Source of the DNA: an uncultured Nitrospiraceae bacterium
Lineage (GTDB): Bacteria; Nitrospirota; Thermodesulfovibrionia; Thermodesulfovibrionales; Dissulfurispiraceae
Assembly (NCBI GenBank): GCA_963727805.1
Contig: CAVSHF010000003.1
Span: forward strand, 1,984,001-2,048,000
DNA: 64,000 bases
Reading direction: 5' to 3'
Positions 52,626 through 62,920 of this stretch are shown piece by piece. Each line of letters begins with the position of its first letter. Within the stretch, counting starts at the first letter, position 1. The notes below the pieces were generated by a model. It ran no database searches, had not been told where the DNA came from, and saw only the letters and a list, made by a program, of their open reading frames with translations. The position numbers and the translations under genes were made by a program.

Positions 52626-53383
52626 AAAGACTGAATCCTGCTATACTTCTGGGCTCTTATGCAGTTGCCGTGTTGATTTTTCTTGTCCCCGGCAACGCAC
52701 TCGCCATGCATATTTCCGAAGGCCTGCTGCCTTTTAACTGGGCAGTGCTCTGGTTTGCCGTCGCCCTCCCCTTCGTTGGTTATGGATTATACCGACTGAA
52801 GAAGACATCAGAGACCGATCTGTCATTCAAGCCACTTGTGGGCTTGATGGCGGCGGTAGTTTTCATCATCTCCTGTATGCCCATACCCGTCCCGACTGCT
52901 GGCACGTGCTCGCACCCCTGCGGTACAGGAATGTCAGGGATCCTTCTCGGACCTGCAATCAGCATTGTTATCACTGCGGCGGCACTGCTTATCCAGGCGC
53001 TCTTCCTCTCCCACGGCGGCCTGACTACGTGGGGTGCGAATATTGTTTCCATGGGGGTAGCGGGTTCTTTTGCGGGATATTTGACCTTTAAGGGACTGCG
53101 ATCAATAAGATTATCGATACCTGTTGCTGGGTTCCTTGCTGGGCTGTTTGCGGATTGGGCAACATACCTCGCTACCTCCGCTGAACTCGCTTCAGGCATA
53201 AGAGGAGACTCTCCGTTCATGCCTCTTTTATGGAATATCCTCGTCGCCTTCATTCCGACGCAGCTTCCCCTTGGTATCCTGGAAGGGGCTATGACGGCAG
53301 GGATGGTCATGCTCCTTTCGAAAAAGAGACCTGATCTTCTAGTGAAAATGCATGTCCTTAAACCGGAGGAAGTAGCGTCATGA
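52622..53383 (+). CDS. cbiM: Cobalt ECF transporter S component
   Basis: Leader peptide then MHISEG; GTCSHPCG; HGGLTT. Confidence 0.92.
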   Translation: MKRLNPAILLGSYAVAVLIFLVPGNALAMHISEGLLPFNWAVLWFAVALPFVGYGLYRLKKTSETDLSFKPLVGLMAAVVFIISCMPIPVPTAGTCSHPCGTGMSGILLGPAISIVITAAALLIQALFLSHGGLTTWGANIVSMGVAGSFAGYLTFKGLRSIRLSIPVAGFLAGLFADWATYLATSAELASGIRGDSPFMPLLWNILVAFIPTQLPLGILEGAMTAGMVMLLSKKRPDLLVKMHVLKPEEVAS

Positions 53384-53703
53384 AAAAACAACACTCGCCA
53401 GACAATAGACTCTGCTGCCGTACATTTCTCCTGGCGATAGCGCTTGCAGCCTGCTTAGTATCCTCTGTTGTCGCATCCGAAAAATGGCAGGGCGTCGATG
53501 AGTCCGTCGTACAAAAAGTCGCAAAGGAGCACGGCAGGGAAGCATGGGAACCATTCATAAACACCGATCAGGGCGACCTGCTTCTCTTTGTCTTCCTCCT
53601 TGCAGGGTCGATTGGAGGATTTGCGGCAGGATATTACTGGAGAATACTCATGGTTGAAAAAGCACCCAAAAGAAAAAAAGAAGAACAAAAATTTACCGAC
53701 TGA
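53380..53703 (+). CDS. cbiN: Cobalt transporter auxiliary subunit (CbiN-like)
   Basis: WQGVDESVV..GDLLLFVFLLAG..GYYW; lies between cbiM and cbiQ. Confidence 0.7.
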   Translation: MKKQHSPDNRLCCRTFLLAIALAACLVSSVVASEKWQGVDESVVQKVAKEHGREAWEPFINTDQGDLLLFVFLLAGSIGGFAAGYYWRILMVEKAPKRKKEEQKFTD

Positions 53704-53771
53704 CTTTAGTGCGAATGTGCAGGCCGTATTCTAATGGTCCTGCATATCCGCCTATGTACAAGGACTACTGA

Positions 53772-54524
53772 ATGGAACTTTTTTCTGAATACTTTAAGAA
53801 AGAGAATCAACTCTCAAGGACCGATGCAAGGATAAAGCTCATTGTCGCTATCATCCTTCTCATGATGGTGGTGAGTTATAAAGGATATGCATTCCCTCTT
53901 TTTGTGGCCCTTTGCGGGCTCATACTGTGCATTAAGATGAAGATTCCTCTCAGGATATTTGCCCTGCGATTTTCGGAGCCGCTGTTGATTGCCCTGGTTT
54001 TGATTGCGCTCAAGTTATTCTTTTCAGGAAACGAAGTCTTATTTTCGCTGCATATTTCCAGCCTGGCGATAACCGCCTATAAAGACGGACTTATCGACGG
54101 TCTGATGATTGCGTGCAGGATAATCGGAGCGGTAACCATTGTGGCAGTACTGGGCTTCGCCACTCCCTTTACTGAACTCATGGCTGGCCTCTCATGGATG
54201 AGGGTCCCCAGGGGCTTCATTGAGATTTTAATGTTTGCATACCGATATATTTTTGTACTCTTTGACGACGCTATGGTGATCTACAATGCGCAGAAAAACC
54301 GCCTCGGCTACTCGTCTATCGGGCGCGGACTAAGCTCTTTCGGCACTCTGGCAGGATCCCTAACGCTGAAGGCATTCGAGAACAGTGAAAATACTACCGT
54401 TGCAATGGTGCAAAGAGGATACGCCGGCAATATTCCCATGCTGAAGCACAAACCCTTCAGGGCCCCGGAAGTGTTCTGCTCAATCCTTATTGTAGTTATT
54501 ATGGGGGCGGTTTGGAAGATATGA
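53772..54524 (+). CDS. cbiQ: Cobalt ECF transporter T component
   Basis: DARIK, YRYIF, AQKNRLGY, AMVQRGY. Confidence 0.92.
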   Translation: MELFSEYFKKENQLSRTDARIKLIVAIILLMMVVSYKGYAFPLFVALCGLILCIKMKIPLRIFALRFSEPLLIALVLIALKLFFSGNEVLFSLHISSLAITAYKDGLIDGLMIACRIIGAVTIVAVLGFATPFTELMAGLSWMRVPRGFIEILMFAYRYIFVLFDDAMVIYNAQKNRLGYSSIGRGLSSFGTLAGSLTLKAFENSENTTVAMVQRGYAGNIPMLKHKPFRAPEVFCSILIVVIMGAVWKI

Positions 54525-55417
54525 ATAACGAACTGATCTCTGATAAAAAAGCCAGCCCTCAAGTCGCCAAACCATATATACGTTTGTCTGTTAAGGTAGA
54601 TTCATTTGCCTATCCTGACAGAACTCAGGCGCTATCGAAAATAGCGCTCGAAATAGAGCGGGGAGAATTTGCGGGAATACTCGGCTCGAACGGCTCAGGG
54701 AAAACGACTCTCCTCAAAGTAATGGATGGACTGGTGAAGGATTTTAAAGGCCGCGTTCTCCTTGACGGCATGGATTTACGAAAGCTCTCCCCGAAAGAAA
54801 TTTACAGGAAGGTCGGCCTTGTATTCCAGAATCCCGATGACCAGCTCTTTGCTCCCACTGTTTTTGAAGACGTTGCATTCGGGCCCACCAACATGGGATT
54901 TTCTGAAAAGGAAGTCGCAGACAGGGTTGGCAATGCCCTTGTCAATGTAGAGATGGAAGGCTATGCCAGGAAATCGATTCATAACCTCAGCTTTGGACAG
55001 AAAAAGAGAATCTGCATAGCCGGTCTCCTTGCGATGGGACATGAGATATTGCTGCTGGATGAACCGACGGCGGGGCTCGATCCCATGGGTGAATACAAAA
55101 TGATGGACCTTCTCCGAAAGCTGAACAGCGAGAATGGAGTGACCATCGTCATGGCCACCCACAGTGTCGATCTGGTCCCTCTTTTTCTGCATAAACTTTT
55201 CATATTGAGCAAGGGCACCGTCGTAAGAGGAGGGACGCCTGAAGCTGTGTTTACAGCACCCGAAGAGATGTCGAGTGTTAAACTCAGATTACCTCATATT
55301 GCCGAATTGATCCACAGCCTCAAGCATCAGGACAAAATCCCCTTCGACAAAATACCCCTTACTGTCGGAGAAGCGAGAAGGGAAATCTTAAAAGTGATCT
55401 CAGAATCAAAAAGATAA
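54521..55417 (+). CDS. cbiO: Cobalt ECF transporter ATPase
   Basis: GSNGSGKT, FQNPDDQLF, LSFGQKK, LDEPTAGLD. Confidence 0.92.
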   Translation: MNNELISDKKASPQVAKPYIRLSVKVDSFAYPDRTQALSKIALEIERGEFAGILGSNGSGKTTLLKVMDGLVKDFKGRVLLDGMDLRKLSPKEIYRKVGLVFQNPDDQLFAPTVFEDVAFGPTNMGFSEKEVADRVGNALVNVEMEGYARKSIHNLSFGQKKRICIAGLLAMGHEILLLDEPTAGLDPMGEYKMMDLLRKLNSENGVTIVMATHSVDLVPLFLHKLFILSKGTVVRGGTPEAVFTAPEEMSSVKLRLPHIAELIHSLKHQDKIPFDKIPLTVGEARREILKVISESKR

Positions 55418-55421
55418 TGGC

Positions 55422-55940
55422 ATGAGGAAAGGATACATTCAAGTTTATACCGGCATCGGAAAGGGCAAGACGACTGCAGCCCTTGGTTTGGCTATGCGTG
55501 CAGCGGGTGCCGGACACAAGGTCTTCTTCGCTCAGTTTGTCAAGAAGACAAAGTGCAGCGAACATAGGGCGCTGGAGCGATTCGCCGACCTCATTACTCT
55601 CAGGCAATTCGGTACCGGCTTTATCAGGGGCGGTAAAACGACAAAGTCCCAGTTGGAAGCTGCGAGACACGGGTTTGAAGAAGTGGATAAAATCATATCT
55701 TCTTCATTGTATGATGTCGTGATTCTGGATGAAATCAACATTGCTGTACATTATGGACTTATCGATGTCCAGGATGTTCTGGATATCCTCGATTCCAAGC
55801 CACCTCCTGTAGAGATCGTCCTTACCGGCCGCTATGCCAATGAACGAATAATCGAGAGGGCGGATCTCGTCACCGAAATGAAAGAGATCAGGCATTATAT
55901 GCATAAAGGCATCAAGGCAAGAAAAGGCATAGAGTTTTAG
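55422..55940 (+). CDS. cobO: Cob(I)yrinic acid a,c-diamide adenosyltransferase (BtuR/CobO)
   Basis: YTGIGKGKTTAA, LDEI, LTGR, KGIEF. Confidence 0.93.
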   Translation: MRKGYIQVYTGIGKGKTTAALGLAMRAAGAGHKVFFAQFVKKTKCSEHRALERFADLITLRQFGTGFIRGGKTTKSQLEAARHGFEEVDKIISSSLYDVVILDEINIAVHYGLIDVQDVLDILDSKPPPVEIVLTGRYANERIIERADLVTEMKEIRHYMHKGIKARKGIEF

Positions 55941-57134
55941 ATGCGGAGAAAAGTACTTCGTTCGGGATACACTACCGGTGCTTGCGCTGCCGCCGCCGCA
56001 AAAGCGGCTACGATACTCATACTCAGCGCGGAAATGCGGAAGCGCGGAGGAACGGAAAGACAACTCAGTGCAGCCGAAGTTGATATTCTTCTTCCCAGCG
56101 GAGACAGAGCACTGTTCACAATTCATAATACAGGATATCGCACTCAAGACAATGCCGCATTTGCTTCTGTTATCAAAGATGCGGGGGACGATCCTGATGT
56201 CACCAACGGCGCCGAAATAGTTGCAGAAGCGCGCTTTCTTTATAAGCGCGAGAGACTTGAAGCAATAGGGCCTGTACTTTCCGGACTTACAAAATTCCAG
56301 ACTCCAGAGCTTATTATAAAAGGGGGTAATGGCGTCGGGAGTGTAACGAAGCCCGGGCTTGCCGTTCCAGTGGGAGGCCCCGCAATTAATCCCGTCCCTC
56401 GCAGGATGATACAAAACGCCGTGTATGAAGCGTTATCAGCCATGACTCCACATTCTGAAATCCGAGACTTCCGCGCCTCGGATCATATTGTCGAGATCAC
56501 CATCTCGGTCACTGACGGCGAACTCCTCGCAAAAAAAACGCTCAATGAAAGGCTCGGTATTATCGGTGGCCTCTCGATTCTCGGAACGACGGGCATTGTC
56601 CGGCCTCTTTCATCCGAGGCGTGGACAGCGACGATTGCCTCATCGTTGGATGTGGCTAAAGCGATGGGACGCAGTGAGATCGTGCTCTCCGCGGGGAGGA
56701 CTTCCGAAAGAGCTCACATGAAGCGATACGGCCTGCCTGAGGAATCATATATAATGATGGGGGATTATCTGGAGTTTGCTCTATGCGAAACAGTGAAACG
56801 CGGCTTTTCAAGAATCTATTTATGCGCGCAGTGGGCGAAGATGCTCAAGATCGCGATGGCGACACCGCAAACGCATGTACGGCATGGTGCTATTGATATG
56901 GGGAAAACGGTCAGGTTCCTGAACATACTCGGCATGATAATCCCACAGGACGTTGTGTTCAATACAGCCCGCGAGATTTTCGATTACCTTCGTACGAATT
57001 CAGAGAATCCCGAACAGGAACTAATAAGGGTCTGCCATGCCGCGCATTCTTATGCTGCCGGCATCGCAGACCCCGTTAAAGTCACTGCACTTCTTGTGTC
57101 ATATGATGGAGAGATTATAGCGTGTAGTGTTTGA
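55941..57134 (+). CDS. cbiD: Cobalt-precorrin-5B C1-methyltransferase
   Basis: GYTTGACAAAA, KDAGDDPDVT, AINPVPR, GGLSILGTTG. Confidence 0.95.
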   Translation: MRRKVLRSGYTTGACAAAAAKAATILILSAEMRKRGGTERQLSAAEVDILLPSGDRALFTIHNTGYRTQDNAAFASVIKDAGDDPDVTNGAEIVAEARFLYKRERLEAIGPVLSGLTKFQTPELIIKGGNGVGSVTKPGLAVPVGGPAINPVPRRMIQNAVYEALSAMTPHSEIRDFRASDHIVEITISVTDGELLAKKTLNERLGIIGGLSILGTTGIVRPLSSEAWTATIASSLDVAKAMGRSEIVLSAGRTSERAHMKRYGLPEESYIMMGDYLEFALCETVKRGFSRIYLCAQWAKMLKIAMATPQTHVRHGAIDMGKTVRFLNILGMIIPQDVVFNTAREIFDYLRTNSENPEQELIRVCHAAHSYAAGIADPVKVTALLVSYDGEIIACSV

Positions 57135-57181
57135 CGTCCTGTCAGTATAAGCGCAAAATATCTCTCTCAGTTGCCGCAGAT

Positions 57182-57418
57182 CTATTTGAGCTTCTTTTTG
57201 ACCGTTTTCGTCGCAGCAGAAACCTTCTTCGCTGCCTTTTTCTCAATGGCCTTCACCTTTTTTACAACCTTTTTCTCGGCGGTTTTTGCAACCTTCGTTA
57301 CTTTCTTGACGACCTTTTTTACAGCCTTAACTGCAGGGGCTGCTTTCTTCACTACTTTTTTCTCAGCAGCCTTCACCGTCTTTACCGCCTTCTTTACAAC
57401 TTTTTTTGCTACTGGCAT
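57182..57418 (-). CDS. Histone H1-like Lys/Ala/Val-rich nucleoid protein (Hc2/HctB-like)
   Basis: 78 aa of KKVVKK/KKAA repeats; SD GGAGG. Confidence 0.75.
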   Translation of the reverse strand: MPVAKKVVKKAVKTVKAAEKKVVKKAAPAVKAVKKVVKKVTKVAKTAEKKVVKKVKAIEKKAAKKVSAATKTVKKKLK

Positions 57419-57786
57419 TATGCGCCCTCCCTGATCATTGATGAGATGCTGATGTTATCAAACATCGCTCTAAGCAGAATTATCGCCGAATGTTCCGTCT
57501 CTTGTCAATGAAAATTATGCTTAACTTCAACTGCTTACGCATTTTAATTTCTTGTAGCATCAAAGTCAATCCCTTGACTATCAATGATTCGCGGCCTAAT
57601 TCCTCATCGCGTGATAAAATTAACTATTTCTCACTTCACAAAAAAACCACTAAAAGCTTAAAATAGAATACTCGCGCGCAGACAGCGACATGATCGAAAA
57701 GCATAAGAGACTGCACTTCAGCAGACAGACAGTCTGGGTCAGGGGTGATGTAATGTACCAATAAGTTGTGTAAGAAGGAGTTCTTA

Positions 57787-58215
57787 ATGAAACAAGTGGA
57801 AGACGGAAGCACCATTAAAATTCACTATACGGGAAGGCTTGATGACGGCACCGTATTCGATTCATCAAAGGAACGCGAGCCGCTGGAGTTCACCATGGGC
57901 AGCGGAGGTATTATAAAAGGCTTTGAAGACGCAGTAAGGGGAATGGCAGTCGGCGAGATGAAAACAATTAGGATCATTTCCGGCGAGGCATATGGTCCTT
58001 ACAGGGATGATCTCGTGATGAGCATCAACAAGGCCCAGCTCCCCCCGGACATCGAAGCCAAGCAAGGTGTCGTGCTTTCTCTTAGACATCCAAACGGAAG
58101 GACGATCGATGCGCTAATCGCTGAGGTAACCGCTGAATCGGTGACTCTCGATGCAAACCATCCGCTGGCGGGCGAGGATCTTACTTTTGAACTTGAGCTT
58201 GTCGAAATCGCATAA
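57787..58215 (+). CDS. slyD: FKBP-type peptidyl-prolyl isomerase (SlyD-like, no His-rich tail)
   Basis: HYTGRLDDGTVFDSS, AYG, DANHPLAG; SD AAGGAG. Confidence 0.88.
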   Translation: MKQVEDGSTIKIHYTGRLDDGTVFDSSKEREPLEFTMGSGGIIKGFEDAVRGMAVGEMKTIRIISGEAYGPYRDDLVMSINKAQLPPDIEAKQGVVLSLRHPNGRTIDALIAEVTAESVTLDANHPLAGEDLTFELELVEIA

Positions 58216-58263
58216 CTCAGAATATCCCTTGGTTGCGAGGGCGTATTCATACAGTATCTCATC

Positions 58264-59586
58264 ATGTCAAAAATATTTGTTATTGGTATAGGGTATAAGC
58301 CGCTCGGGCAAAGAGCTCGGGGAATAATCCTGAACTCGGTGACCATACTTGCGTCCAACCGGCTTCTTGATGTCTTTGCGCGATATGAAGAATATAGCGC
58401 GGTAAAGGAACGAGTCAAAGTTATCAACAGTGTTAACGGAACGATCGATTTCATAAAGTCTGCGCTCCATGATGATGAGACATCGAACATCATCCTTCTC
58501 GCTTCCGGTGATCCCCTGTTCTTTGGTATCGGGAGGAGAGCAGTCGAAGAGATCGGCAAGGATAGGGTAGAAATCATTCCAGATCTCTCAAGCATCCAGC
58601 TCGCATTTGCGCATATTAAAGAACCCTGGGACGATGCCCTTTTGATAAGCCTGCACGGAGGCCCTGATCCAAATAGGAGAAGAAAGCTCGAATATCAACT
58701 TCGGGACCTGCCGTCGCTTCTCGCGATGAGCAAGAAAATTGCCATCCTAACTGACAAGGTGAATAATCCTGCCGTCATCGCCCAAACTCTTCTCGATGCT
58801 CAGGAACATCCAGAGCACCTCGATTCCACACTCAAAATATATGTCTGCGAAAAACTGGGCTACCCTGATGAGAAGATAACCGAGGGAACTACTTCAGTAG
58901 TCGCTTCACAATCCTTTTCTGACCCCAATGTGGTCATCATTGTAAACGATGCGAAAAATGAGGAGCACGGAAGATCAGAAATTAAAAACCTTAATGCAAC
59001 TGAAATCTGCACAAGTTCCCGCATCAGGTTTGGATTAACCGAAAACGCGATACTCCATTCGCGAGGATTGATCACCAAGGATGAGGTACGAGCGGTGACT
59101 CTACACAAGTTGCAACTCCCTGAGGCCGGGGTGTTTTGGGACATCGGTGCGGGCTCAGGCTCGGTATCGCTAGAAGCCGCCCGGCTTTTTCCTAGACTCA
59201 GCGTATTTGCCGTCGAGCGGGATGAAGAGCAGATTAAAAACATGACTGCCAACCGGGAGAGATTTCAGGTGCTAAACACCACTATACTGCGTGGTTCAGC
59301 TCCTGACACATTGACTGAACTTCCCTCTCCCAACAGGGTCTTCATCGGAGGAAGCGGGGGAAGCATCGGCGCCATAATCGAGATGACCGGGAAGAAAATG
59401 AAAAGCGGCATCATCGTGGTCAACGCCACAACGGTAGAGACCCTCAACCTCGCTATTGAAGCGCTCAAGCGGGCAGACTATTTTGTTGAGGTATCTCAGA
59501 TTTCAGTGTCCCGCATGAAATCAATTGGCGACGGCCATTTCTTTTCAGCGCAAAACCCCGTCTTTGTGATTAAAGGTGAAAAGTAA
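58264..59586 (+). CDS. cbiET: Fused CbiE/CbiT cobalt-precorrin-7/6B methyltransferase
   Basis: LASGDPLFFGIG, SLHG; ITKDEVR, WDIGAGSGSVS, FIGGSGG. Confidence 0.92.
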   Translation: MSKIFVIGIGYKPLGQRARGIILNSVTILASNRLLDVFARYEEYSAVKERVKVINSVNGTIDFIKSALHDDETSNIILLASGDPLFFGIGRRAVEEIGKDRVEIIPDLSSIQLAFAHIKEPWDDALLISLHGGPDPNRRRKLEYQLRDLPSLLAMSKKIAILTDKVNNPAVIAQTLLDAQEHPEHLDSTLKIYVCEKLGYPDEKITEGTTSVVASQSFSDPNVVIIVNDAKNEEHGRSEIKNLNATEICTSSRIRFGLTENAILHSRGLITKDEVRAVTLHKLQLPEAGVFWDIGAGSGSVSLEAARLFPRLSVFAVERDEEQIKNMTANRERFQVLNTTILRGSAPDTLTELPSPNRVFIGGSGGSIGAIIEMTGKKMKSGIIVVNATTVETLNLAIEALKRADYFVEVSQISVSRMKSIGDGHFFSAQNPVFVIKGEK

Positions 59587-59654
59587 GCACCGAGAACATG
59601 CCGGGGGGATAGCGGCATCTTTAACCACAAATATTTATGACGAAGGAGAAGGTG

Positions 59655-59845
59655 AGCCTTTGACCAGAGACAATTCTGCTTTGATAGCTTGACTCTTTTC
59701 CTCAGTTCCTAATCTCTGTCCGTTCCTCTTCATATCAGCTATATGCTTTAGCCGCTGCGAAATAGCTTATCCATCCGAAATATTCTCCAATCTCTTTGTT
59801 TGTTGCTCCTGCAGAGTTCTTGTCAAGTACAGATAGCAGCTTTTG
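59655..59845 (-). pseudogene. Possible C-terminal remnant of a REP-associated tyrosine transposase (DnaA-C-like HTH)
   Basis: GATNKEIGEYFG.ISYFAAAKAY..LRKRV..LVKG-like translation with stops and frameshifts. Confidence 0.4.
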
Positions 59846-59940
59846 TTGGCTCAGCGGACCCATGGTATGCAATTATATCTTTAGATATTATTTAGGCCGT
59901 TGGTATTAGAGCACGAATCTGCTCCATTTCATAAGGCCTG

Positions 59941-60100
59941 TTAAATTCTTTTCATTCCGGCTACGAGCTGAGAAGTTAGTGATTTGCCAGAGCCAGAAAA
60001 CCCGAATAGCACGGCAAGCTTATTGCCTATTTGCCGGGAAACATCCAGCGCGAAACCTTTTACTGCTTTCTTGACCGAAACTGACACGCCTATCAGAAAA
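59941..60100 (-). pseudogene. ModC-like ABC ATPase N-terminal fragment
   Basis: VSVKKAVKGFALDV..LFGFSGSGKSLT (Walker A), truncated. Confidence 0.65.
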
Positions 60101-60211
60101 TCCTCTTGCCGTGAGCGTTGTGGGTGCTTGACCATGGAGAAGGTTGCTAAAGCAATCCACAAATCCCCAGGTTTTTAGACTTGGGGATTTGCTTTTCGTT
60201 TTCACGCAGTA

Positions 60212-61090
60212 TTACCTACCAAATACTGCGGTAACTGAACCGTTATTGCTAATAACGAATGTGCATACAGGATTCCCTCCTGAACACACAGCGCCAGACC
60301 AGGAATGGAATTTCATTCCCGTCACCGGCTTGGCCGTCAAGGTGATCTGCGCACCGCTCGAATAAGTGCCCTTGCAGACACTACCACCTTTTCCACAGTT
60401 GATGCCGTTGCCTGTCACTGTGCCATATGTTGGCTTGTGCACCGCCAGGGTTTTATTGGCTGGAGGCGTATAGGTGCATGATTGAGAGGTGACTGGGGTG
60501 CTCCCGGCACAGCCGGATGGAGAGGAGCTCAATACTGTTCTCGTTTGTGTGCCATCAGACTGACAGGCCTCCCAGGCAGAGTACGCAAACGAACAAGCGG
60601 GCGGGACATATACGCAGGATTGGGTTAATGGCAGCGGGGTGCCAGTGCATCCGGCCGGAACGGCTGATAGAATAGTCATTGTCTGTGTGCCATTGGGTTG
60701 GCAAGCTCCCCAGTTCGAGTAAGTATAGACGCATGAGGGCGTCGAGCAAGCAGAGTTCTTGACCACTTCGTCAGAAAAGGCACTTGTATTAGATGGGTTA
60801 GCGACAACATATGTTTGAGCGACAAAGTAATAATTCACGCCACATGGCAAATTGACGGTATAGGAGAGGGCCGAGCCTAGATCTACAGTCGTGCTATAGA
60901 CACCGGACTGCGTGCCATACAATATTTTATACCCGACCGGGTCGGTAAGCGGAGTGCCATCGGTCCATGTTGTGACCGAATTCCATAATACGGTAACAGC
61001 ACTCGTTGCCGCTGATATATTGCCATTGAATATAAGCACGCACAGTGTGGCCAGAAAAAAACCAATGCTTATCTTTTTAAATTTTCTCAT
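60212..61090 (-). CDS. Secreted protein: FN3 + two TSP1-like Cys-rich repeats + InlB-B-like domain
   Basis: ATG 61090 after GGAGG; signal peptide; C.Y.YS.W.ACQ..GTQT x2; ITLTAKP..F.SWSG..C. Confidence 0.8.
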   Translation of the reverse strand: MRKFKKISIGFFLATLCVLIFNGNISAATSAVTVLWNSVTTWTDGTPLTDPVGYKILYGTQSGVYSTTVDLGSALSYTVNLPCGVNYYFVAQTYVVANPSNTSAFSDEVVKNSACSTPSCVYTYSNWGACQPNGTQTMTILSAVPAGCTGTPLPLTQSCVYVPPACSFAYSAWEACQSDGTQTRTVLSSSPSGCAGSTPVTSQSCTYTPPANKTLAVHKPTYGTVTGNGINCGKGGSVCKGTYSSGAQITLTAKPVTGMKFHSWSGAVCSGGNPVCTFVISNNGSVTAVFGR

Positions 61091-61384
61091 TGTCCCCCTC
61101 CAGATCCTCATCCACAAAGAATATTCGTTACTTTTGGCCTGCTCTGTTTTACAAGAAAGATCAGTGCCTGACCCTTAATACAAAAGACTGTGCTGTCCTC
61201 AGAAGTGTAAGAGGATTGACATGCATAACGCGATGTGCGAAAGTTCTATAAGATCACAGCGAGTGCGAAACTCGGACAGCCCAGCACTCCCCTGTATGAT
61301 GTTGTCTGAAAGCGTCCTGTTTTAATTTTAGACCGACTTAATTAAGACTTAATTAAGAAATGATTAATCTTTCTTCTTTAAGAA

Positions 61385-61400
61385 CGTGATATAAATCACA
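61385..61400. promoter_or_regulatory. CRP-type site
   Basis: CGTGA-tataaa-TCACA upstream of CDS 61090(-). Confidence 0.6.
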
Positions 61401-62072
61401 GAAGGCGGATGCTCGCTAGTTACAACGCAGGCAGATACAAATACTTTTCAACTAGTCATTAAATTCCTTATCGAAATGACCATCACTTTTCCTGATTTCC
61501 GCATCTGTTGAAGACGGATTTAGAAATATTAGGGTTTGCATATTTCCAAAACGCAATCTATTTCCCTACTGCGGAAGTGTTAACGTTAAGTTAGAAGTAA
61601 AAGTCAATTCGCCGCGAACGATTCCCTTCTTGCAGGCATCGGTAAACAACACGATTATGGGACTGTCTTAACAGTTTTTATTCGGGTTGAAATGTGAAGG
61701 TAAGATCAGCGACACTGACGCCATCAGGTGGATGGACATTCTTCATGGAAAATAGGAATCCAAGCTAACAAGTGATCACAGAGGTCCGAGGCGTTCAATA
61801 AACAAGCCCTGCGAAATGCTTTTGCACCTTTGTCAAGCGGAAGACTATCGAGAACGGGAAGGGGACTCGGTATCCAAAAATGCAGAGCAGGCCGGACACG
61901 CGTGAATCACTATTGCAAAACTCAGTACCATTCATGAGTCAGCGTGAACGCTGATCTCCTACCTCAGCGCAGAGAAAGAATCCAATTGAAGAATAAAGAC
62001 AATAAGGTCCCGACCGAAATGCCCTATAAAAATACAATTTTGTACAGAGGAATAATTAAGCAGACTGGCAAA

Positions 62073-62768
62073 TCAAGAAACAATCTCCGATTTCAAGAAG
62101 CCGGGGAGTAGAATCACCTTCCTATCCCCTTTTTGTATCTTGATACACTTATCTTTTTGCATTGCATCAAGCGTTCTTGTCACCGTTTCGCGGCTCAAGC
62201 CTATCATGGAAGCCAATGTTTGATGAGTTAACCTGATATTCAATAAAGTCCCTCCTTCAACCGGCTCGCCATGTGTGGTAGATAGTTGCTGAAAAAGCAG
62301 ACTTAACCGCTGCTCTGACTTATTAAAATTAATCATCTGTACTCGTTCCCATAAGTACCGCAGTCTCATACAAAACATTTGAATTAAATTATCAAGCACC
62401 TTTTCCTGCGTGTGAATAATCTTCAGGAAATTCTCCTTGCTTATGATGGCAGCCGAAGTGTCTTTCATGGCCACAACCTTGGCAGGGGAAGTCTCGCGGT
62501 CAAGCAACGACAATTCTCCGAATGAATCTCCAGCCGCATGAATGGCCCTGATAATCTGCTTCCCATCTTCTGTAGTCTGCACAACCTTGACCCGACCAGA
62601 CATTACCAGATAAATATAGGAGCTAGTATCACCTTCCAACAGTATCACTTGGTCTTTCCGATAATTTCTAACCATAATTTTGCCAACAACCTCTCCGATC
62701 TCTGCATCGTTTAATGATGAAAACATCTGCATTTCCCTAAGGTTTTTAGACAATCCTGCGATATTCAT
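62073..62768 (-). CDS. Crp/Fnr-family transcriptional regulator
   Basis: cNMP-binding fold (SGRVKV, FGELS); HTH LTHQTLASMIGLSRETVTR. Confidence 0.92.
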   Translation of the reverse strand: MNIAGLSKNLREMQMFSSLNDAEIGEVVGKIMVRNYRKDQVILLEGDTSSYIYLVMSGRVKVVQTTEDGKQIIRAIHAAGDSFGELSLLDRETSPAKVVAMKDTSAAIISKENFLKIIHTQEKVLDNLIQMFCMRLRYLWERVQMINFNKSEQRLSLLFQQLSTTHGEPVEGGTLLNIRLTHQTLASMIGLSRETVTRTLDAMQKDKCIKIQKGDRKVILLPGFLKSEIVS

Positions 62769-62859
62769 TATGGATCTCCTTTCACAAGCAATTGTTAACT
62801 ACTCACAAGGCTTAGGCTTGTGCGGTTGCTTCCAATTCTTTGATACTGTATCCAGGCAC

Positions 62860-62896
62860 AAAAAAGGCCCGCTCCCTTTTCCGCAGTAGCGGGCTC
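62860..62896 (-). terminator. Intrinsic terminator in the Crp leader
   Basis: - strand gagcccgct..agcgggcc followed by TTTTTT. Confidence 0.7.
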
Positions 62897-62920
62897 ACAT
62901 AAATTTGTCAAAACAGCGTA

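Noticed and set aside
57131..57511. + strand ORFs 57131..57511 and 57171..57434
   Set aside because: Antisense shadows of the Lys-rich histone-like gene
61120..61330. Structured RNA in the leader of CDS 61090(-)
   Set aside because: Some complementary segments but no recognisable riboswitch consensus
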